This document shows positions 54,411 to 64,000 of a stretch of DNA of 64,000 nucleotides, piece by piece. Numbering within the stretch: position 1 is the stretch's first letter; every line of letters begins with the position of its first letter. Under the pieces are notes generated by a model. That model did not search any database and was not told the DNA's origin. It worked only from the letters and a program-made list of their open reading frames with translations. This stretch comes from Balanoglossus misakiensis (taxonomy: Eukaryota > Animalia > Hemichordata). Position numbers and translations under genes: made by a program. Where the stretch lies: NCBI GenBank assembly GCA_040954595.2, contig CM082587.2, positions 8,499,403 to 8,563,402 of the forward strand, read 5' to 3'.

Positions 54411-56508
54411 TTATTGTGAATGTGATATATGCGTTAACTAGTCAAATGTAGGACATGGACCAATTCTGACATATATTTGTGATAGATTTGCACATTCAAC
54501 AAATATTCTAGCAGTGTGGGAGTGTTTGTTTGTTTGAAATCTGTAGTCAGTTATAGGTCAAAGGATAAACTTTGGCTGAATATCACTTATCAATCTTTTA
54601 TTCTAGTTTCCCATTTTTTTCGTCATGAAATGGCGTGGATGTAGACTGGGATGAAATTCATTGGTTGTTCATGTTCGCAAGTGACGAGTCTCAGAGAGTG
54701 ATCTTGTTTCTGATCTGAAACGTGACTTGTACTAAAGCTGTCTTCAGTCGATATAGAATTTTCGCATTTCTACACAACAGATCAAAGCAAAAGCAGGTAG
54801 TACTACTGCTGTACCGATTCTCTTGCAAATTTACAGAAAATGATTTTTACAGGATAGTTACAAGGTATATAAATGCAGTTTCTTTTTATTAATAACAATT
54901 TGTGCTGTCATAAGGGTATGTTCAATACAAATAAAAATTCTTAGACAACAATGATTTCTTGTTGTGGAATGTTTATCAAAGTGATGATTGTGAGGAATGA
55001 CACCAATAGTTCAGTGTCAGATGGACAATTTGATTCCCCCCCCCCCCAAAAAAAAAAAAAAATTATTGACAAATCAATGTATGGAAAATTCAAAAGTTTC
55101 AAGTAGAATGAATGGTGTATTTTTGTTCAGGAATTCATGGCCCAACCACTCATGCAACTCATAACACTACAATTGAGAAATTCTTCTTGGTAGTTGCTAT
55201 TGTTCCCACACATGATTCTTTTGAGACTAGCACAGTGTAAGTCGGCAGCGAGGCAGTCTTTTTATATCAGACATCAAACATTTGACATCACTGCTAAATA
55301 AAATTCAAAACTGCTAGAATTGCCTCACTTTTTCTGCATCACCAATCCTTGGCCACCAAAGAAAGTGAAACACTTTACATGTACGTGTATGTAAGTAGGT
55401 TTCAGTAATGAAACTGGAAGGAATTAACCAACAGACATGGGCTATGTTTCCAATAGGTATATTTACTTCAGATACTAAAATACACATTTCATCCATAAAC
55501 AATGGTGCAGACATCTGTGAATTGTACATCTCAGCTAATAATTAAGGTAAGTTTATGTAAAGTAAAAGTGGCTAAATTACCAGAATAAAATGTAATAATT
55601 TATTGATGACAAATTCTACAACTTTTTACTGTTTTCATATAAGAAAACACTGCACGTTGCCATAGTTCCCAGGCACTAATTTCTACATGTAGCTGAATGA
55701 AAGATGAATTTTATACAGCATAATGTGGTTACATCAAGCTCTGCAACAATCTGACTTTTTTTAATATAAATATATCAATAGATTTTTTTCATTTCACACA
55801 AAACTAAAACATCCTTCAGTCTGTTATCAACAGCCTTGTTGTCCGGTTAAATTACCCAATTGGCTAATTAGTACATTTTATTGAATTCGGTGTATATAAA
55901 ACCAACTGCAGTATTCAACCAACTCCAGTATTCATTTCTTCAAATCTTTGTCCAATTATCACGATTTTTTTCTCGACTATCCATACAGAACGTAGTAGTC
56001 AGTATATTATCTAAAATTCTGGACAGGGACTACATCTTTTGACTCACAATTATGGTCACAGCAAAGGAAGTATAACATAGCAACATGATTCCAGTTAGTG
56101 TTTACAACAGCGTTCTCCATGGAGACACAATGCTAACTAAAAATTGATAAGAAAACTTGGCTCAGCTTTGTGCTGAAATTTTCCTCTCCCTTCTATGATC
56201 AGGTTTACCACAAATAAATATCTTCAACAGTAATACAAATACTTTTCATTGAACTTCCAGTAGTTTTTTTTTCTACTGCTGAAAAAAACAGTTTCAATGT
56301 TCTTAAAAACACATTTGTGCTAGTAAAGATATATTTCTTGATTCATAGATCTTTCTGGACAAATTTACATCATCATCACCATATGTAATAAAAAATATGC
56401 AGGATTAATTATCAAATCCATTGCTATTTACAAAAAAATATGTACACAATTAGCTTTAAGCATTCATTCACTGGTGGTATCAAGTACCCTATACCATAGC
56501 AACAGTTT

Positions 56509-59500
56509 CTATGGTTTCCATGTGATGACCTTGACAGCAATTTCTGCTGCTTTTTGGACAGCTTCACTTTTGTCTTCATCAATGTGTTTCTTGATCTGTG
56601 GAGAATAGATCAGAAGAAATTCAGGAAAATCTGACACTCATTTCTTGAAATCATCTCATGACTGGAAATATCAGTTTTCTATGAAAGCTCCATTAGCTGT
56701 AACTTTTTTCAGTGTGTTTGTTTTGAGTATCTACTGCAGTTTCTTGTTCAAATCCCTTAAACATGGTGAATTGCAATTATCCAGCTTTTTAAACACAACC
56801 TATAAATATATAGTCAGCATTGTTATTGTGCAAAATTTGTATTTAAGTCCGGACTAGAATTAATTTGTCAACAATAACAATGGTGGTTACACACCTACAG
56901 GCTATGTAGGCAAGCTGAGTACTGGGTATGCAATGTATCATGCTGTTTGGAGAACTTTGCCCCAAATAGCAACTACTGTGCAGCTATGCTGTACACTGAT
57001 CACAAAAATCCCTTTATTAGGATGCAGCTCTTGCTATTATGATGGTGCAGATGATTTTTGACATTGGCCGTGTTTTTCACTCATTAGCAAAGATAAATTA
57101 ATTATTAGAAAAATGTTGGTCTCATTAGCAGACTGATTAGGTGTTATTGGTGTGAATTCCATCTACAAGAATTTCTGGCAGTTTTTCTCAACTTATTTCA
57201 TCTTGTCTGTGCTTGTGACCACATTGCAAGGTATTGGTGGTGTTTGATAGTTGTAAATGTGCAGGTGAAGTAAAAACCCTCAAAAACAACAGCTTTACAA
57301 TACAATACACCTGTATACTCTTTTTTACATTTGCCAGCACACGCACACACACGCACGCACACATGCATGCAATATGTAGATTCGAACTGCTGATTCCAAT
57401 TGCAGTGATCTATTGAATGTATTAACTGCCATCAAAACTTGCTACATTATGTGCATAATGATGTCGAAATCCCCAAGTCTGATTATGGTCTGTCATTTCC
57501 ATGGCAACAAGTTACATATTTGATGATCATATGATAGCATATTGATCATTTAGATGTAACTCTTCTCGAGACAAATTTTCTTACAATGGAAAGAACCTGA
57601 ATTGAAAAACAGCAGATGAATGTACATACACAATTTTACATCATAATGCACTGTACAAGTGAACAGCTGATTTCTCTAGACTGATCAATTCTGACTTTCA
57701 ATTTTCTATTGGAATTGGTTGTGTTAGGTACTTACAACAAATGGTGTTTGCATTAGATGGTGATATTTCAACCATATTGAAACTCCCAATGCTAATGCTA
57801 AGTATTATGGAAATAAAAATTTGCTTTTGAGGAGTCAAGATGTCAAGATTGGATGACCAACATTTTCACAAATGATATATGCCACATAAGACAGTTGGCA
57901 TGAACTGTCAGATGTGACATACATGATTTGTAAAAATGTTGGTCATCCATTCTAATATAAAGCTGAACTCTTATTTTCATATACATGTAGTTTAACATTG
58001 GGAGCTCTGAAAATGTGCAGCGTAGAAATTGTGTTGACCAGCATGTTGGCCACTGTGCATTGAAGTACATGGACGGTCAGTACAAACTGAGGCTTTAGGT
58101 TTGACAATTACCTGTGGCACCTGTCATACGATGATACACATCACGTACCATGGACAGAGGAATAATGGTTAATAAGAAAAACAGTACAGATGAAAATGAA
58201 TGTTAAACATGAATGACAAAGACAGATATGGACATGAACACTTGAGCAATTTGAAGGTCAACAGAGTCACACAACACCATGCAGTCAAGAGACACTGCAA
58301 ACATTTGGCACATACACGTAAACAAATTTCAATGCCTGTTTTAAATGGACAAAGTCTCTCTCTCGCTGCCCTTTTTCTATTAAGTATGTTTGATACAATA
58401 CACCGTTTATGTTAATGAATATGTGGATATATAGTGAATCAACATTCGACCACACACACCTTCCACCCCACTTGTAGACACAAGAGTGAACAAATTCGCC
58501 AAAATGAATACCCGGTCTCTACCATTTATTCATTTTGACGAGATTTTTACTCTCATATCCTACAAACGAAGAATTGAAGAATACATTAAGAAAGCTACAG
58601 GTGTGTCACAACATGCAGGTAGATATGTCACAGTACATTGGTTAATGTATGCTCTGGTCAGTGTACCATAACATACTGACCATTGAAACACAACATACTG
58701 TTATATGTTCAACAAATACAAGTTAACTGTACCTGTGGACCCCTTGTGACCCTATGATGTCATTCCAGGCCGACTGCATCACAAAATGCAAGCCAACGTT
58801 GCTACATGTATGTTGAACATACCAGCCAATAGGCAACACGTCAGCACACCATGCATCACAGCATGCAGTGCTAAATGTCCCACAAACATACATTCCTTAT
58901 ACTAGCTTCATATTATACACCAGGTACTTACCAAATCAACATGGTTCAGTAATGTTGCTCTGCCTTCTGGTGCTTCTGATAAAGTTGTTATTGCCTGGAA
59001 GGACACAGAAATTTTATACATTAGACAAAATATAGTTATCTATCTAGGTATTATCAATACACATATTCAATGCAGTATTCATTCCACACAATGTCGCTTT
59101 CCATAATAATATGATTTAACATGATCATATTATTATGGAAATCAACTTTAGCCCCAAAACCCTGAGAAGTGATAAGGGATTACTTACCTTCAGTGCATTT
59201 AACCTAACTTCACTGGTTTCATCATTGACTAACATCACAAGATTTGGGATTGCATTGGTCTTGATGGCCTGGTATTTACCCTGCGTTGTAATTGTTATTC
59301 TGCAAAATTAGAAATAACGGTCTATAAGTTAATAAACAGCAAATTAGTGTAGTTTAGTAATTGAAAGCCCCAATCCATGGTGTGGAAATTTTGTGCATAT
59401 TTTTCATGATTTTCCAAACGAAAAAGGTATCTCATATAGTATACATGTAACATGCTTCCAAAGGGGTGACTATCAGCTGGCTATCAAACATTAATACAAA

Positions 59501-62500
59501 CATAGAAATTAAATAAAAAATAGGTTGAATCTCTAGATGCCTCAAAACTTACGTCATGATAGCTCCTGCTGCTTTGCAACGCACTTCAGGGTCTTTGTCT
59601 TTCAGTAAAGTCACTAACGACTCCAATGCCTTCACTTCACACGCTCTGTTTTTCCCATCCAGTGGAACACTGTCATATCAAAGATCAAGTGGAAATATTA
59701 AGTAGAAAACCAACAGATCCAACATAAAGTCATTTAATTTCTTTACACACAAAACAATTCACTCTAGTATATGTATAGTCATATTCTTTAATATCAAATG
59801 AAGGCAGACACAGTCACGTTGGCATTCAAATTTCCAGATGACGGGCAACTTAAGCAACGTGGTACAGATGTTGACTGTGCAGACAAAACCTCATGAGGCT
59901 GATGAGGACCCATGCCTGGTACATGTTACGTGTCTATTGGTTCTCTTTGTAGGTACATACACATTAAAAATGTCCATGTTTGGCTGAATGCCTAATCATT
60001 TGTATAATTTTGCCAAAATTTAGTCAGTTTCTGTTTTTATCTGCTTCAACTTCTTGGCAAAATGCTCTTCACTCTTTAAAATCTATCACAAGAGTGCAAT
60101 ACATGTATATGAACATTTAAAAGGTGTATAATAATAGGATTATGATTATACAGAAAACACTACCATGTATGAACTTGGGCTCATCAATACATGGCCATGT
60201 TTTGTAAATAACCCTATATTACCACTACAGTAAGCCAAAAAATGAAATATCGACAGTTATTTACCTGAGATCCATGATATCTCTGGCAGCTTTGGATCGA
60301 ATCACTTTGGAATCGTGTTTCAGTAGTTCTGTGAAGACTTCCATTGCTCCAGATTGTAATGCTTGCATTTGTTCAACCCTCATACAAAAATGTAATGTAT
60401 CTAAAATGTATTCCTGGAATACAATGATAGGAATGAAATAATAAGATAATCGTACACAACAGACAAAATGTGGGATGATCGTATCCAGCATTATCTCAGG
60501 ACATTCCAGTTTATACTTAAGCTGTAAAATCATTTTTATTACCTGCAGTTTACATTACTTTTCAGTCCAGCTTAGTTAATTCTCCCTAATCCATGTGGGT
60601 TCACATAAGATTTGGAACAAAATTTACACTTTGCTAGTTATATACATGTATTTAATTATGAATGTACAACAACTTGCATGTATCAACTCGTAATAGTTTG
60701 AGATGACAGAAAAATGGGTTTACCTTGATTTCATCTAATTCTGTTCTTAATTTGATGACTAACTTTGGTACCAGTCCAGCCTCTACAACACCAGCAGCTC
60801 CCATTGGCATCTCACAGACCATTTCAATTGCCATGTGAGCATTCTTTCTGACAATATCAAGTTGATCATCATAGAGTTTGGATAAGGGCAAGATAATTTC
60901 ATGGTCCAGGAAGGCATCCCGACCAACATTGTGACCTACAATACATCAATAAAGATACAAACATATACACAGTTGAATGCAAAACTGGGTGCATTGCATG
61001 CGTTTGTGAACAAATCCTGGATGTCCCAAAGAACAAGAAACTTAGGTGGATACACAAAACAAAAATATGAAAAGTTTGTGCCATTGTCCATTTAGGGAAT
61101 TTAAATGGGTTAGTAAAGCTTGGTTGAGTTAAAGGGACAAAGTCTCTCTCTTGCTGTCCCTTTTCCATTAATTATGTTTGATACACAAGACATTGTGTAT
61201 ATGTAGTGAATGAACGTTCAACCACACACAACTTCCATCCGCGCTCGTATGATATGAGAGTAAAAACTCGCTCAAAATGAATAAATGGTAGAGACCGATT
61301 ATTCATTTTGGCGAGTTTTTTTCACTCTCGTGTTTAGAAGCAGTGTGTGTGGTTGAACGACGATTCACTATATATCCACATGTAGAATAACATAAACAGT
61401 GTCTTGTATCAAACATAATTAAAGGGAAAAGGGCAGCAAAGAAAGACTTTGTCCCTTTAAGAGTCAACTGACTGAATAAACTAGCCATCTGTCAAACCAG
61501 ACTTACCAGCTAAGATGTAAAGTACTTCAGTTGTTTTATGTCTCACTGTTCCATCTTTGTCAGGCAGCAATGCTTTTAAACTTTCAGCAACACCTGTGAA
61601 AATAATCAAAAATAAACAACCCATATTTTATATAATGTTGAGAATACAATATTGACATTTTCTTGAAATTTTCACAAAAGGTGCCAAAAGTGGGAGTATT
61701 ATTAAATGTCATAAAGAAAACACTATGCCACCAGACCGCACTTTATTTTTTGATCTAGCTCTTCAGATATTTTCACCATAGGAAAACTATAGCATGAGGA
61801 GTGCAAGAAAAGTACTGATTCAGCATTTTCCACAATCTTTGAGACCCCTAAGTGGCAAAGTAGCATGGGAACAACATGTTTTCGCTCTATGTTCATTTTT
61901 AACATTCAATGATAAACAATATATAAAATTCAGGAAAATGACAATTTCCTAGCTTTCGAGTAGTCCACTACATGTACCTTAAAACTGTTATTTCACTTAC
62001 CAACCCTGAGGGCTTCGGCTATGTGTTCTGGATCATGTAAATAATCACACAGTGTCCTCAATGCTCTCTGTCTGGTTATCAGTTCTTCATCTTTTAACTC
62101 ACGATTCTGTTGAGAAGTTTGATTGATTTGAAGTACAATATTTTTTCTTTCCTGCACCTTGTTTTAAAAACACCCACGGGCCACAGTTGAGCAGTAGTTA
62201 TGCAAGGCAATATTTTTGTACTTAACAGATTGACTCACATTGGTAGAAAGTGCAGTGATATTTATTACACCTTTAGCTGTGGTAACGCAGCTGTACCGTT
62301 GGGGGTGTCCGTGGGGGTAATCAGCCCCCCCCCCCCCCACGGTACAGCTGCGTACCACAGCTATTACACCTTCAAAGTGTAGTCACAAAAGACTGTTTAG
62401 TAACATTATTCTACCCATGGCTTTTAGTTAGGATGGATAGGTACATGTGTGATGTGAGTCGTTCACTTTCCTCACATGAACGATTACTCTGAATGCAATG

Positions 62501-62809
62501 TGTGTCGAGTACAACTAATTTTCGCAGTATACTAACAACCCAGAGGTTGCCACACAAACATACAACAATATTGAATTGATTATCGCACTGTCTCATCACT
62601 TACACTAGCAGTGTCTGCTATGCACAGGGAGTCCTTGGTGATACTCTAGAGTCTGGTAGTGATAATGAGCTGTTTGGACTGAGGAGTCAAAAACAAGCTG
62701 TGTTATTCACACTTACCAATCGAGGAAGCGCACGATCACCGTACGCAAGTGGTGCCTTGGTTACGTCTATGTCGGGTGGCAAATGGGCAGATATTCTGGT
62801 TGTTGCCAT
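56509..62809 (-). CDS. RSPH14: Radial spoke head protein 14 homolog (RTDR1; armadillo repeats); 9 exons
   Basis: Exons 62809-62717, 62106-62001, 61593-61507, 60935-60724, 60413-60265, 59669-59553, 59299-59188, 58994-58932 and 56595-56509 are all GT-AG and in phase. N-terminus MATTRISAHLPPDIDVTKAPLAYGDRALPRLNRELKDEELITRQRAL; C-terminus AVQKAAEIAVKVITWKP*. Confidence 0.93.
58341..58565. mobile_element. Partial, diverged copy of the TTAA MITE family (61129-61460)
   Basis: ttaaatggacaaagtctctctctcgctgccctttttc... with the central ggtctctaccatttattcattttg. Confidence 0.75.
61129..61460. mobile_element. Full-length palindromic MITE, TTAA TSD, AGGGAC termini (T2/Kolobok-like)
   Basis: TTAA-agggacaaagtct... 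and ...agactttgtccct-TTAA. The arms pair for about 150 bp. Confidence 0.88.
62274..62363. mobile_element. 90-bp TIR element with a perfect 9-bp TSD (TTACACCTT); MULE/Merlin-like miniature
   Basis: ttacacctt-tagctgtggtaacgcagctgtaccgt...acggtacagctgcgtaccacagcta-ttacacctt. Confidence 0.85.
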
Positions 62810-62901
62810 CTTGAGCGACACTAACTGTTATTAGATTGGCTCTTCAATGGAAATGGACGGCACCGAGCGTAGTGAAAATTGTGGTCAGCGCTCAGGTGTT
62901 T

Positions 62902-62914
62902 GTTGCTAGGCGAA
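62902..62914. promoter_or_regulatory. Candidate RFX X-box in the RSPH14 proximal promoter
   Basis: GTTGCTAGGCGAA lies about 93 bp upstream of the ATG and resembles GTTGCTAGGCAAC. RFX factors are established regulators of ciliary genes. Confidence 0.45.
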
Positions 62915-63279
62915 GATAAATCTACCCACAATGCCACGCGCTGTTTTATTACGGCATTATCAGTAAACAAAAGTTCGAACAAGATTTGGAGTTTACATGA
63001 TCATATGTATCATTTATGTAAACTATTAATTTTCATTTTATTTAAGATAAAGTCTTTCAGACAGGGGAAACTTAGCAAATGTCAAGATTAACCCAAGACT
63101 AGAATATTTGTAATACACACTTCGTGAATGACGTCATAGGTATTCCCTCGACCAGTCTGGCCGCATTCCCCGGTAGAGGGCGTAGAGAATAGGGTAAGGC
63201 CTGAGAAACGTTTGTTTATTACCAGTGACAATTGGAACATTTTATTGGTGGGGTGTTTATCTACAAATAAGCGTCTAGA

Positions 63280-64000
63280 ATTATTATTATCATTATAAAC
63301 TTTATTTCGGACTCATGGTCCATATTACAGTAAGACTAATTAGGTGAAAGGGAAAACAAATAAATTACATATATATCTAGATGACAAAAAGAAGCTTACT
63401 CCATAAGCTCAAAGTTTCAGAATTAAAATACAGTGCACTTGCCGCACAATTACATTTTGGCAGTTCAAAAATCGTTGCTTGAGACTAAAAATTTGCCTTC
63501 TAAGCAGGGCATCGAACGTATCTATTCTGTTTGTCACAAACATAGAGCTCACACTGCTATGTCTATCATATCCCAATAGGATACGAGCAGCGTTGTTGTA
63601 TGCAATTTTCAATTTCCTCATTGTGCTGACAGTGAATTTTACCCACATTGGGCTTCCATACATTTGGTAACAATATGTTTTGAATAGAATACTCTTAATG
63701 TCAAAAGTACATCTGAAAACATTTCTCTTAAGCATGTTAGCTGACAGATAGAAACATCGCATCTGACGCTCAATATCATCATCATCGTGGAGATGATCAT
63801 TGAGGATGAAACCCAGATGCTTTTTCTTTGTTACAAATGCTAGTTTAACGATAGCGCATTTTTTCGTCATTTTAAAGCACAATGTCTGCCATGTCTTCTA
63901 TCCCTGATCAGGTTTTTCACACCTGCGGTGTCATTGTGGGGAAACAAAGCACTAAAAAACACCAGGACATACACTCTTTTGTTATTAAAGAAATAAGTAA
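63280..64000 (-). mobile_element. 3' end of a non-LTR retrotransposon (CR1/L2/Crack group): RT C-terminal region, 3' UTR and (TAA)n tail
   Basis: ORF 63409-63882 reads KHLGFILND..DDDDIERQMRCFY..ANML...LFKTYCYQMYGSPMW...KLKIAYNNAARILL. The minus-strand end is TATGGACCATGAGTCCGAAATAAAG followed by (TAA)n. Confidence 0.85.

Overview
This is eukaryotic, AT-rich, intron-containing DNA, probably from a marine invertebrate deuterostome such as a hemichordate or echinoderm (inference). Most ORFs in the supplied track are intronic noise, so gene models were rebuilt by hand from GT-AG splice sites and frame continuity. In order: (1) the last coding exon of a gene with a tyrosine- and proline-motif-rich signalling tail (+); (2) a complete 9-coding-exon A1CF/RBM47-family RNA-binding gene (-); (3) a ~22-exon receptor tyrosine kinase with an unusual WxxW-cadherin-Ig-EGF-Ig-EGF-HYR ectodomain (+); (4) two tandem NDUFV3-like (complex I) genes (+) separated by a decayed BEL/Pao LTR element; (5) RSPH14 (-); (6) a LINE 3' fragment. 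MITE-like inverted repeats and microsatellites are scattered throughout. The most notable observation is NDUFV3 copy 1. It has a ~3-kb exon carrying ~20 near-identical 120-bp acidic repeats, ending in an amphipathic helix and a TAG. That TAG lies 10 nt before a strong phase-1 splice donor that would join in frame to an intact NDUFV3-domain exon. This suggests stop-codon readthrough, recoding, alternative donor use or a nonsense allele.
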